Part shown: positions 51,313 through 60,577 of the stretch, piece by piece | How the letters are laid out: every line of letters starts with the position of its first letter | How positions within the stretch are numbered: position 1 is the first letter of the stretch | Source: Candidatus Altimarinota bacterium | GTDB taxonomy: Bacteria; Patescibacteriota; Gracilibacteria; UBA4473 | Length of the DNA: 64,000 bases | Assembly (NCBI GenBank): GCA_965231215.1 | Contig: OZ246423.1 | Span: 896,001 to 960,000, forward strand | Reading direction: 5' to 3' | The notes under the pieces: generated by a model | The model's database searches: none | Told to the model about the DNA's origin: nothing | The model's input: the letters and a program-made list of their open reading frames with translations, nothing else | Position numbers and translations under genes: made by a program

Positions 51313-51738
51313 ATGATTGCTGTTGCAAAGATAGGCGGTCACCAAGCCCTCATAAAAAAAGGTGACAAAATCCAAGTAGACAAACTTGATGTTGAAGTAG
51401 GGAAAAAAGTGAACTTTGATGTACTGCTTGTCTCTGAAGAAGATGGGACTGGCTTCAAAGTGGGGAAACCATTTATTGATGGTATGAATGTGGAAGCGAA
51501 AGTGCTTTCCCATGGGAAAGGCGAAAAAATCCGAGTATTCAAAATGCAACCTCGGAAACGATACCGAAGAACCCAAGGACATCGTCAAGATTTTACTGAA
51601 ATTGAAATTACAGATATCAAAACAGGCAGTGCTAAAAAAGCCGCTCCCAAAAAAGAGGAAAAAGCACCAGCCAAAAAAGCCGCTCCAAAAGCTAAATCTG
51701 CAGAAAAAAAAGTTGCTAAAAGCGCCAAAGAGAAGTAA
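51313..51738 (+). CDS. rplU: 50S ribosomal protein L21 with Lys/Ala-rich tail
   Basis: GGHQ, GKP, KGEKIRVFK...RKRY...QGHRQ.FT. Confidence 0.96.
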   Translation: MIAVAKIGGHQALIKKGDKIQVDKLDVEVGKKVNFDVLLVSEEDGTGFKVGKPFIDGMNVEAKVLSHGKGEKIRVFKMQPRKRYRRTQGHRQDFTEIEITDIKTGSAKKAAPKKEEKAPAKKAAPKAKSAEKKVAKSAKEK

Positions 51739-51798
51739 AAATATAAAGCTTTCTTTATTTTTAGAAGAAGGCTTAGTACGTGAACGAGACTTATAATC

Positions 51799-52386
51799 AT
51801 GAACGATCAACAACCCGTACCCCCGCAACCACCACAAAGTGGTCAACCTGGAGACACTCCGCAAGGACAAAATTCTGGGGCTCAACAGCCCGTACCTCCA
51901 GTACAAAATCCTCAACAACCGACACCACCTGCAGCTCAGCCGTCACCGGCGCCTCAACCGGCTGCACCACAAGTACCAGCCGATCCAAATAACCGAGTTG
52001 GACAACTTAGTCAGCGTGACGGGAATATTTTTATAATTCCACCGCACCCAAATACGCAGTTTGATGAAAATTATTTTTTGGCACTTCTAGAGGGATCAAT
52101 TTCGCTCACCATGGAAGAAAAGCAAAGAGTTATTGATGCTATTCCTCGCCTTTCAATTGAGCAGATTAACGAACTCATCTCTATCTTTGAAGAAGAGAAA
52201 CAAAAATTTTCAGAACTAGAAAAAGAGTTCGCTGATGATGTAGCTAAACTCAAAGCAGAACGAGAAAAAGAAATTGAAATGACGGAAACCAAAAAAGAAG
52301 AAGAAAGTGAAGCAGATGCGGATGCTGCCGCAGCGGAAGCCCTTAAACGTCAGATGATGGGAGGGGACGATCAGCCACAGCAATAA
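51799..52386 (+). CDS. Hypothetical protein with Pro/Gln-rich N-terminus and helical domain
   Basis: 195-aa ORF co-oriented with rplU and followed by a terminator. Confidence 0.75.
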   Translation: MNDQQPVPPQPPQSGQPGDTPQGQNSGAQQPVPPVQNPQQPTPPAAQPSPAPQPAAPQVPADPNNRVGQLSQRDGNIFIIPPHPNTQFDENYFLALLEGSISLTMEEKQRVIDAIPRLSIEQINELISIFEEEKQKFSELEKEFADDVAKLKAEREKEIEMTETKKEEESEADADAAAAEALKRQMMGGDDQPQQ

Positions 52387-52404
52387 ACTTTTAACACATA
52401 ACAG

Positions 52405-52431
52405 AAAAAGCGGCCTAAAGCCGCTTTTTTT
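52405..52431 (+). terminator. Rho-independent terminator (possibly bidirectional)
   Basis: aaaaagcggc-ctaaa-gccgcttttttt. Confidence 0.85.
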
Positions 52432-52506
52432 GTGCCAATGGGATTTGCTTTTTGGTTCAGCTTAGCGCTTCATTCAACAAATCCTTCAGGCTTTGCGAAG
52501 TAGTAG

Positions 52507-53193
52507 TTATTTGCCAATTTTATCTAAGAGTTTTCCCGCTCTGTCTTTGCCCCCGAGTCCAAACGCAATACCTCCTGCAATGGCGAACATTGCTACGACT
52601 CCCGTGAAGAAGGTTTCAATTAAACTCTGCGCGATTCCCAGTTGTACGAGAGCCGCCATAAGTGAGAAAATAATGATAGCGGCATTAGCAATTTGTCCGA
52701 GAGTTCCGGCTTGTTTTTTGCTGAGATTCAGACTGCTGGTTCCATGTACAGACACGTCTTGAACGATTTTCCCAATAGCCATTCCAAAGGCCAGGATAAC
52801 AATAGCGACAAATACATTTGGTATATAAGCCAAGATTTGGTTGATAAAGTCATTGAGCTGTTGAATTCCCAGAATATCAATCACTACAACCAGCAGCACT
52901 AACACCAAGAAAATCTGCACTATCTTGGTAAGTAATTTAGTAAGTGAGATAGTAATTCCTAGCTTTTTAAGTTCATCAGTAACCCCTATGCTTTTAAGCA
53001 TATGGTCTACTTTGAGCAGAGATAAAACTTGCTCAGTGACAGTGGTAAGGGCTCGAATAATAATCATGCCTACCATCAGTACGATAAGGGCGGTAATGAC
53101 TAAAGGCAAAAAGCCCATGATTTGGAGGCCGAGCTCCTTGAGAGGGGTAAGAACTAAGCTTCCCCAGGTAACCAGTAAGTTCGTTGGATCCAT
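52507..53193 (-). CDS. Conserved TM-helix-repeat protein (MscS-associated TM_helix family)
   Basis: Two repeats of ..[FY][LI]P....A.++L..G; AIAGGIAFGLGGKD. Confidence 0.8.
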   Translation of the reverse strand: MDPTNLLVTWGSLVLTPLKELGLQIMGFLPLVITALIVLMVGMIIIRALTTVTEQVLSLLKVDHMLKSIGVTDELKKLGITISLTKLLTKIVQIFLVLVLLVVVIDILGIQQLNDFINQILAYIPNVFVAIVILAFGMAIGKIVQDVSVHGTSSLNLSKKQAGTLGQIANAAIIIFSLMAALVQLGIAQSLIETFFTGVVAMFAIAGGIAFGLGGKDRAGKLLDKIGK

Positions 53194-53288
53194 GATGTAG
53201 AGGGTTAAAAACTAGATCATCCTCCATTTTATGGTAATAATCCCTAAATCCAAAAACATTTTTGCTTCTTGCTTCATATTTAACTCAC

Positions 53289-53318
53289 AAAAAAAACGGC
53301 CCAAAGGCCGTTTTTTTT
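53289..53318 (-). terminator. Rho-independent terminator of rplJL
   Basis: aaaaaaaacggcc-caaa-ggccgtttttttt. Confidence 0.85.
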
Positions 53319-53340
53319 AGTAAAAATGTAAAAGAAAAAA

Positions 53341-53751
53341 CTATTCAAGTTCAATAGTAGCTCCAGCTTCTTCAAATTGTTTTTTGATTTCTTCAGCTTC
53401 TTCAGCTTTAACATTTTCTTTAATAGTTCCTCCGTTATCAGCCAATCCTTTAGCGTCTCCCAAGCCTAGGCCTGTAACTTCTCGGATTACTTTAATAACA
53501 GCGATTTTTTGTCCTCCAGCATCTTTAAGAACGATGTTGTAGGCAGATTTTCCTTCATCAGCAGCGTCGTCGCCTCCAGCAGCTCCAGGAGCGACAGCAA
53601 CGGCAACAGGGGCACTCGCTGTGATTCCGTATTTTTCTTCAAAGTATTTAGCAACGTTGTTGGCTTCAAGAACACTGAGTTTCTCAATAGCGTCTACAAC
53701 GGCTTGTTCGCTCTTAGAGAGCTCAACGGTAGCAGTAGTTTCTTCTGACAT
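53341..53751 (-). CDS. rplL: 50S ribosomal protein L7/L12
   Basis: KIAVIKVIREVTGLGL.DAK, AEEIKK.FEEAGA. Confidence 0.96.
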   Translation of the reverse strand: MSEETTATVELSKSEQAVVDAIEKLSVLEANNVAKYFEEKYGITASAPVAVAVAPGAAGGDDAADEGKSAYNIVLKDAGGQKIAVIKVIREVTGLGLGDAKGLADNGGTIKENVKAEEAEEIKKQFEEAGATIELE

Positions 53752-53781
53752 GATAGTTAGAATTAAAAGTTAATTTAAAAA

Positions 53782-54333
53782 TTAAGAGGCCGTAGAAAAT
53801 TTTTCGGCGTCTTTGAGGGCCATAGTGATTCCGCGAAGACCATGCGTAAGACCCGCATGAATGCCTCGAGGACCATGGCGAAGGGCACCAACGATTTTTG
53901 AAAGAGATTCTTCTCGAGTAGGAGTGTTGGCAAGTGTAGCAGTAGCACTCTCGTCTAGAAGTTTCCCTTCATAAATAGCACCCGCAAAATCGAATTTTGA
54001 GTGACCAGATTCTTTATTAGTATGCTCTTTTTTTAGATTTTTGATAGCGGTAGCTGGAGCAATTTCATCTTCAGGAGATACAATTACAGCAACAGGGCCA
54101 TCTAGATCATCAGAACTGAATTCAGCTAAACCAGTTTCTTTAGCCGCCAGGGCGATCAAAGTTTTTTTGATCACCGTGTAGCTCATCCCTTGTTCTCGGA
54201 GGCCTCTTCTGGCAGCTTGCACTTCCATCACAGTAGCTCCATCAAATTTGAGGAATGCCACACCTTTTGCGTCTTTGAATTTTGCTTCCAAAGCTTTGAG
54301 CTGATCGGTCTTTTTGGCTTTTGAGGTGGCCAT
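53782..54333 (-). CDS. rplJ: 50S ribosomal protein L10
   Basis: VIKKTL..LA, GP.AV, LA..PTREE; directly upstream of rplL. Confidence 0.94.
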   Translation of the reverse strand: MATSKAKKTDQLKALEAKFKDAKGVAFLKFDGATVMEVQAARRGLREQGMSYTVIKKTLIALAAKETGLAEFSSDDLDGPVAVIVSPEDEIAPATAIKNLKKEHTNKESGHSKFDFAGAIYEGKLLDESATATLANTPTREESLSKIVGALRHGPRGIHAGLTHGLRGITMALKDAEKFSTAS

Positions 54334-54482
54334 GATTTTAATTTGGTTAGTTTAGGGCGAAAATAAAATCGCCTTGGTGCTTGGCACAAAGACGTACGAT
54401 TTGAAACGACCTAAAGGGGTTAATTTCAGGCTCTAGAGCACAGGCTCCGAGCGCTAAAGATTGAAATCACACTTTCCTTTTT

Positions 54483-54522
54483 TCATCTCGGCCAGGCTCA
54501 CTTGCATGCTGGCGGTCTTTGA
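54483..54522 (-). promoter_or_regulatory. L10 leader (autoregulatory RNA)
   Basis: Minus strand aaagaccgccag...cctggccgagatg resembles the AGACCG.AG...CCUG.CG/AGA kink-turn core of L10 leaders; in the rplJ 5' UTR. Confidence 0.65.
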
Positions 54523-54544
54523 TAAAGCGAGGTGAATATAGGGA

Positions 54545-55093
54545 TCAGGCAGTACTTGTCAAAAAATTTTCGAGGATAAAAATGCCCGCCACACTTCCCG
54601 CCGTGGTTTTTGTTTCAGAGTTTAGAAGTAATTTTTTGGCCGCTTCTATATTGGGCACGGTAAAAATTTCTATTTGTTCGGCCTCTTCTAGTTGCGGTTC
54701 AGCGAACTTTTTAGCTTCAAGAGCTACTACATAGTGATACTGCATTTTTGATCCGGTAGGGTTACTAAAGAGGGCTCGGACCTCCTCAAATTTGGACGCG
54801 GTAAATCCAGTTTCTTCTTTGAGTTCTCTAATGGCGGCTTTAAGCGGAGTCTCCCCTTTGTCTATCATGCCGGCACAAAACTCAGTAACCACTTCACCAC
54901 TGCCGTGCTTATAATTTCTCTGCAGTAATATTTCCCCTTTTTTTAAAATTGGCATAACCAGAACCGCGCCTTCATTTAAGTTGATATACCATTCGGTAGT
55001 TTTGCCGCTAGGCAGTTCTACGATTTGTTTTTCTATAGGACAGAAGGGACTGTCTATGAGTTGTTTTCGACTGAGTACTTTGAAGGGTTTCAT
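54545..55093 (-). CDS. NUDIX hydrolase (ADP-ribose pyrophosphatase-like)
   Basis: AGMIDKGE....AAIRELKEETG. Confidence 0.9.
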   Translation of the reverse strand: MKPFKVLSRKQLIDSPFCPIEKQIVELPSGKTTEWYINLNEGAVLVMPILKKGEILLQRNYKHGSGEVVTEFCAGMIDKGETPLKAAIRELKEETGFTASKFEEVRALFSNPTGSKMQYHYVVALEAKKFAEPQLEEAEQIEIFTVPNIEAAKKLLLNSETKTTAGSVAGIFILENFLTSTA

Positions 55094-55096
55094 GTG

Positions 55097-55645
55097 TTAA
55101 AAATTTCCAATAACCGTGATATTCTGACCCTTTTTAAAATTTTTGTCACGTCGCCAACTGGCTAAATTTTGATCATCAAAAGTAGAGCGGTCATCCAATT
55201 GAGCTTGGGGTAAAAGGGCTTTTAGGCAGGCTTTATATTCAAACATAATGAGGCCATTATCTTCCGTAAAAAATTGATTCCCAAATTTTGTAAAAATCAC
55301 GTCGTAACAATCATCTTTTTGGATTTCAAAACGAGGATAGAGAGGACCAATCCAGATGTGAGGGTCAGCAAATATCTCCAAGAGGTTCTCAATAATACCA
55401 TTCACACAGCCTCGCCATCCGGCATGAATAATGCCGTGTTTTTCATTATCCCAGAAACAAATAGGCGCACAGTCTGCGGTTTGTACTCCGAGGAGAAATT
55501 CAGCATTCTGAGTCCACAATCCATCACAGTTATTTAAATCTTCATTACCGGTGATCACTTCTTGGATATTAGAACTATGGGTTTGTTTTGGGAGTATAGT
55601 CCCATTGGGGAGAGTGTGTCCGGGTAAAAATGTGTGAATGTTCAT
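55097..55645 (-). CDS. YfiH/PgeF (laccase-domain) family protein
   Basis: QTHS, DGL.T, TADC.PI, HAGWRG, IGP, SWRR. Confidence 0.88.
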   Translation of the reverse strand: MNIHTFLPGHTLPNGTILPKQTHSSNIQEVITGNEDLNNCDGLWTQNAEFLLGVQTADCAPICFWDNEKHGIIHAGWRGCVNGIIENLLEIFADPHIWIGPLYPRFEIQKDDCYDVIFTKFGNQFFTEDNGLIMFEYKACLKALLPQAQLDDRSTFDDQNLASWRRDKNFKKGQNITVIGNF

Positions 55646-55772
55646 TGGATAGAGTCTCGTACTAAAATCTCATTAGAGTGAGGTGCAGCCTTTCAGTTTC
55701 TAGAACAAGATTTTTGGGTTTGGGATCCATTATGATAATCTTAGCGTGCTTATTTTAGAACCTCCAAATTTT

Positions 55773-56429
55773 ATGAAGTTTTACCACTATTCTCACTGTC
55801 CCTTTTGCCAAAGAGTTAGATTGTTTTTAGGCGCCAAAAGGCTGCCTTTTGAATCTATAGTGCTCAGTTATGCAGACTTTGAAACTCCCGAATCACTTAT
55901 CGGCAAAAAAATGCTGCCTATCATACAATTTGATGATGGAACCATTATGGCGGAGAGTCTAGATTTAATTTATGAAATTGAAAACAGATTCCCAGAACAT
56001 AAGCTCATTATTGATGATACTTATGCTAACATCCAATGGGCGGCGACCAAAATGCTAAATATCCCGAGATATTTTGACCTGCTATTGTCCTGGATGCTAG
56101 ACGGCTACAAAGACGCTCCAGAAATGGATGAAGCCGGCGCAAAATATTTTCGTGAATCAAAAGAGCAAAAACGAGGGGTGAGTTTTGAGGATCTTAAATC
56201 CGAAAGTATTTCGATTTTTGAAAACAATGTGGCTCCAGTACTCCAGGAAGTAGAAGAGCGCATTGCCGATACGGGATTTGTGGGAGCGTCTTTTGGCGCT
56301 GCTGATTGTGTACTGGTTTCGGATATGAGTAGTCTGCGTTTGGTTCCAGAAATAGCCCTTTCAGAAGAAATTATGGACTATTTTGAAAGAGTCGAGAGTT
56401 TCTGTGGAGATCAGTTGTTGAAGTACTAA
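55773..56429 (+). CDS. grxB: Glutaredoxin 2 (GST fold)
   Basis: Y.HCPFC.R.R, IGKKMLPI..DDG..MAESLD. Confidence 0.8.
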   Translation: MKFYHYSHCPFCQRVRLFLGAKRLPFESIVLSYADFETPESLIGKKMLPIIQFDDGTIMAESLDLIYEIENRFPEHKLIIDDTYANIQWAATKMLNIPRYFDLLLSWMLDGYKDAPEMDEAGAKYFRESKEQKRGVSFEDLKSESISIFENNVAPVLQEVEERIADTGFVGASFGAADCVLVSDMSSLRLVPEIALSEEIMDYFERVESFCGDQLLKY

Positions 56430-58505
56430 TCAATTTTCGTGACCTAACTGATTAAGCGGGTTAATCCCTCGTTCTGGGTTGCCCCAAACAAATTGGTTCA
56501 GGCGAGCATAACTTGGGGGAGTGTAATCGAGGGTAGCCCATTCACCATGAATTTGCTGTAGGGGTTCTGGAGCTTTAAATTCGCTCGCATGATGGGGATA
56601 ATTTTCGAGGAAAATGTTAGCCAAATCTCGCCACACAGATCCAAGAGCATAAATCGCCACGCTCCCAGGCTTCAGAGCCTGACCATTAGTGTTTCCCCCC
56701 CACAGCATCACCGTGGCTTCGGGGGTATAACCAATTACAATATCATCTACTGGCAGGATCAAATTATTGACTCTTTTAGAAGAAGTTCCGGTTTTCACCG
56801 CCATAGGTTTATTGGTATTGATGTGTTGATTCCATTCGGGCGGTCGAGCTTCTTTATTAGCTAAAATATCAGAGATAAAAAATTGGGTTTTAGGTGAAAT
56901 TTTTCGAGCAATTTTGATACCACAAGGGTTACTCAGTTTTTGGCCTTTCAGGTCTCTAATTTCTATGATGGGACAAAGGGGTAAATGTTCCCCGCTCCCA
57001 AGAGTGGCATAGGCATTAGCTAGATCGGTCAGCTTTACGTCGGCGGTTCCCAGTGAAAGGGTCCACCCAAAAGCATGATTTTTAAAGTTTTTCCAAATAT
57101 CAAATCCAAACCGCTGATCTAGATATTTTTTCATACGGGCTTCCCCTCCAGCCAAAAGGAGCGCTTTGGCGGCTGGGATATTTCGTGATTGAGCCAGAGC
57201 CTGAGTCATCCGAATGCCCCCTTGAAAGTGGCCATCAGAATTTCTGAGCCTGAAGTTATCGCCTCGGAAATTTACTACCGAATCGTAAAAGATGGTGGGG
57301 GGTTGGTAGCCTTGCTCAATAGCGGCCGCGTAAATGAAGGGCTTAATAGTAGAACCTGTTTGACGCCTGGATCGTAATAGGTCTACTTGTCCAGAAATAT
57401 CAGAATTCCAAAAAGATTTTGACCCAATCCAAACCAATGGCCCGCGAGTTTCGTGATCAAGAATTAATACGGCTAAATTGGTCATCCAGTGGTCGGCAAA
57501 AAGTTGTCCGCTTTGGATTCGTATTTGATTATAGATTTTATCTTGGAGATCAGCATCTAATGTGGTCTTTACGACTAGACCTTTGGCTTCGCTTTTGAGG
57601 TCTAGTCCTTTAGATTTCAAAAAATCTTGAATATAAAACCGAAAATGCTGGTAATCATCATGAACCCATCTTCGGTGGTTTGGAATTTCGATTTTTCTTA
57701 GATCTTCCCAGACGCTTTGAGCATATTCTGGTGACCAATTAAGGTTTTTAGCGACGGCAAAAAGAAGGGATTCTACCCGTGAAAAATCATAATTAAGATC
57801 CCGAAAAGGAGAACACGTATCATCTACAAAATCTATCGGACAATTTCCAAGCCAAGCGGCGACTTCGCCCTGTTTGGTCAGCCTTACTGGATCTTTTGGG
57901 AGCACGGCTAAGACCAAAGCTTCACTATCGGTAAGTGCAATTGGATCTTTATCAAAATACATTTTTGACGCTACAGCTACTCCATTAACCCTTGGGCCGT
58001 AGGGAACAGTATTGAGATACATCTCTAAAATTTCTTTTTTGCTATAGTTTGATTCAACCCCTAAGGAAATAAAAACTTCTCGCAGCTTTCTTTCATAGCT
58101 TTTCTCGTCATTTAAAAAGACTTTTCGAGCTAACTGTTGGGTGATAGTTGACCCTCCTTGGGCCGTTCTGCCAGACTGCCAATTTACAAAAGCGGCTCGC
58201 AAAATCCCTTTAGGATCAATCCCTTTGTGGGAGTAAAATCGCTTGTCTTCGGCCATAACCGTAGCAATCTTTAGTGTTTGGGGAATGACTTCAATGCCAG
58301 CCCATTCTCGGTTTTCTTGGGTGAAGTTTCGGTATATTTCACGGTCGTTTCTATCAGTTACAATAAGCGAAAATTCCAGATCGTCTAGCGTTAGGTTTTT
58401 CCCTCTTATGAAATCGGGTTGCCCCCATTCTATGAGACTATCCAAACAAATAAACCCGCTTACGAGAAAGGCTGTAAAAAAAGTAAAAAATAGGTGCTTT
58501 ATCAT
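56430..58505 (-). CDS. Class A penicillin-binding protein (PBP1A/1C-like)
   Basis: AEDKRF, GGSTITQQL, RKLRE, GSTIKP, SRN, KTGT. Confidence 0.9.
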   Translation of the reverse strand: MIKHLFFTFFTAFLVSGFICLDSLIEWGQPDFIRGKNLTLDDLEFSLIVTDRNDREIYRNFTQENREWAGIEVIPQTLKIATVMAEDKRFYSHKGIDPKGILRAAFVNWQSGRTAQGGSTITQQLARKVFLNDEKSYERKLREVFISLGVESNYSKKEILEMYLNTVPYGPRVNGVAVASKMYFDKDPIALTDSEALVLAVLPKDPVRLTKQGEVAAWLGNCPIDFVDDTCSPFRDLNYDFSRVESLLFAVAKNLNWSPEYAQSVWEDLRKIEIPNHRRWVHDDYQHFRFYIQDFLKSKGLDLKSEAKGLVVKTTLDADLQDKIYNQIRIQSGQLFADHWMTNLAVLILDHETRGPLVWIGSKSFWNSDISGQVDLLRSRRQTGSTIKPFIYAAAIEQGYQPPTIFYDSVVNFRGDNFRLRNSDGHFQGGIRMTQALAQSRNIPAAKALLLAGGEARMKKYLDQRFGFDIWKNFKNHAFGWTLSLGTADVKLTDLANAYATLGSGEHLPLCPIIEIRDLKGQKLSNPCGIKIARKISPKTQFFISDILANKEARPPEWNQHINTNKPMAVKTGTSSKRVNNLILPVDDIVIGYTPEATVMLWGGNTNGQALKPGSVAIYALGSVWRDLANIFLENYPHHASEFKAPEPLQQIHGEWATLDYTPPSYARLNQFVWGNPERGINPLNQLGHEN

Positions 58506-58643
58506 TTCTTTGTTTCTTTTTATAATATTTAATAAAAAAGTCAAATAAAAGTAAGACAATCTTTTTACCTGTGACCTTTTTTGACAAGGAGCAAAAGGGG
58601 TTTGTAGAATTGCGCCAAAGGCTCATCTCTAATTCACAAAAAC

Positions 58644-58793
58644 AGGCGGGAAGAATTTAAAGCTTTTTTGATCAAAGGGAATGCGGTTGATATTGATTTC
58701 ATCCAATCAGAATACGTCCTTAAACCCGCTCCCCCTGCCGCGGATGTGGTGCTGCTTACCAAAATTCGAGATCTTCTAAAAAAGCAAAAATAA
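58644..58793 (+). pseudogene. mscL: mscL remnant lacking start codon and both TM helices
   Basis: Translates RREEFKAFLIKGNAVDIDFIQSEYVLKPAPPAADVVLLTKIRDLLKKQK*: MscL N-terminal EFK.F..KGN.VD and C-terminal LL..IRDLL motifs, no ATG in frame after upstream TAG. Confidence 0.75.
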
Positions 58794-58927
58794 AACGATA
58801 AAAGTAATTGGTTAATAAGCTTATCCCAAAACTATTCCAGGCGCTAAAACCTCCCAGTGTTTAGCTAGGTTTTTGTTTTCCAACATTAAGATTTTATTTA
58901 AAATAAAGTTTGAAAAATAAAAACCCA

Positions 58928-60478
58928 ATGTACATTCACTTTAAGCTTATTGTGTCAATATGGCTTTTAACCTTCCTTTTGGGAGGCGTCCCAATAGTTT
59001 TAGCTGCAGAATTTGAAGTAAATAATATTCCCCAAAAAAGCACAGGAGACGCTATATCGGCTGTAGAATTCAACACTATTGTTGATACGCTCAAAGGGAT
59101 TAAGCGGAATGATTACGAGACGGTTACGTTAGATGATGATCTTTTTGGGATTGGACTTGCGCTGAGTTCCCCCTCGGAAAAGTTAGAGGTAGGCGGAAAT
59201 ATAAAAGCGGATAAATTTATTGGAGATGGATCAGAGTTAACAAACCTTCCAGACAGCCATTGGATCAAAACCGGAAGCAGTATTAACTATCAAGAAGGTA
59301 AAGTAGGTATTGGAATAGCCACTCCCTCCGCCAGGTTTCAGGTAGAAGGAGGGGTGATAGTGGACTTGCCAAGCACAGGAAGTTATTCAGATTTTTTGGT
59401 AAACCTCTTTGATGGAAGTGCGGCTCTTAAAGTGCAGCCAAATGGAGCAGTAGGAGTGGGAACTTCAACGCCTACACCAGGATTACTTATGGACATAGAA
59501 GGGGCTTTAGGAGTAGGGCAACTCTGTGATGAGAGTGGCGCTCACTGTCTGGAGGTTTCTGATATTGTGACGGGCGGGGGAATCGCGAATCTTTGGACGG
59601 ATAACAGTGGTAAAATTTACTATAATTCAGGCAATGTAGGTATTGGAGCTACAGATCCTGAAATGTGTGTAGGATGTACTAATAAAACTTTAGAAATCAA
59701 AGGTGAAAATCCAGGGATAGCCCTGAATGACCAAACAGGTTCCACCCAGAAGAAATTCAGAATTTTTAGTGATGATGGGTTTTTGCGTTTTGCTTCAACC
59801 GAGAGTGCTTCGAATCTTTCAAAATACGTCCAAATAGACACGGAGGGGAATATGAGTATTGGGAGTCCTACCGCTGCCAGCAAATTAGAGGTGAATGGCG
59901 GATTGAAACTGGGAACCGATACCAGTGCCTGTAGCGGTATTAAAGAAGGAACACTGCGTTACAGTGGAGGTCATGTGGAAGTATGTAATGGAACTTCTTG
60001 GATCGCTCTTGGATCTGGCGGAGGTGGGGGGAGCCTCTCTGTAGGCCCTGGATTTTATGCCCATAGAACAGCTTCTCAAAGTATTTCAAGCGGCAGCTGG
60101 ATACGGATAGATTATACGGCTGAAGAATTTGATAAAACCAATGACTTTGATCTGTCAAATGATCGTTTTGAGCCAAGTGTAGCTGGACGCTATATCCTGA
60201 CCGCTCAAACTCGGTATGAGGGAATGAGTTCGCAAGATATCGTCTTTATTCAGATCAAAAAGAATGGACAGGTTATTGCACGTGATCGAGTACGAGTTAT
60301 TGAATCGGGCTACACCAACCGGTATCCAGTTACAAAAGTTTCGGTGGTAGCTGAAGCCAATGGAACTTCAGATTACTTTGAGGTAGAGACCTACCATGAT
60401 TTTGGAGAAAACCGTAATCTGAATGCGAATAAATATTATACCAATTTTACTGGCTCTTTGGTGAATGCTGGTGCTTGA
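58928..60478 (+). CDS. Secreted tail-fibre-like adhesin D (GNVGIG stalk plus single C1q-like head)
   Basis: Signal peptide; N-terminus homologous to fibre C (P.K.TGDA..A.E.NT+V..+KG+KRND); C....EGTLRY....EVCNG..W; C-terminal RF.P.VAG.Y...NGTSDY.EV module. Confidence 0.8.
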   Translation: MYIHFKLIVSIWLLTFLLGGVPIVLAAEFEVNNIPQKSTGDAISAVEFNTIVDTLKGIKRNDYETVTLDDDLFGIGLALSSPSEKLEVGGNIKADKFIGDGSELTNLPDSHWIKTGSSINYQEGKVGIGIATPSARFQVEGGVIVDLPSTGSYSDFLVNLFDGSAALKVQPNGAVGVGTSTPTPGLLMDIEGALGVGQLCDESGAHCLEVSDIVTGGGIANLWTDNSGKIYYNSGNVGIGATDPEMCVGCTNKTLEIKGENPGIALNDQTGSTQKKFRIFSDDGFLRFASTESASNLSKYVQIDTEGNMSIGSPTAASKLEVNGGLKLGTDTSACSGIKEGTLRYSGGHVEVCNGTSWIALGSGGGGGSLSVGPGFYAHRTASQSISSGSWIRIDYTAEEFDKTNDFDLSNDRFEPSVAGRYILTAQTRYEGMSSQDIVFIQIKKNGQVIARDRVRVIESGYTNRYPVTKVSVVAEANGTSDYFEVETYHDFGENRNLNANKYYTNFTGSLVNAGA

Positions 60479-60577
60479 GCTTTAGAAATGCCTTAGATTT
60501 CTTTCCTGATTTTTGAGTATTGAAGTTGTTCAAAAAATATTTGTTTTTCCTCTATTTATGATACAATTTTTTTCGAC

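Noticed and set aside
51184-51918. 244-aa minus-strand ORF and other short antisense ORFs in the track (e.g. 19-228, 398-679, 769-1101, 1703-2185, 3006-3530, 22508-22987)
   Set aside because: Shadow frames overlapping well-supported genes, with no recognisable motifs.
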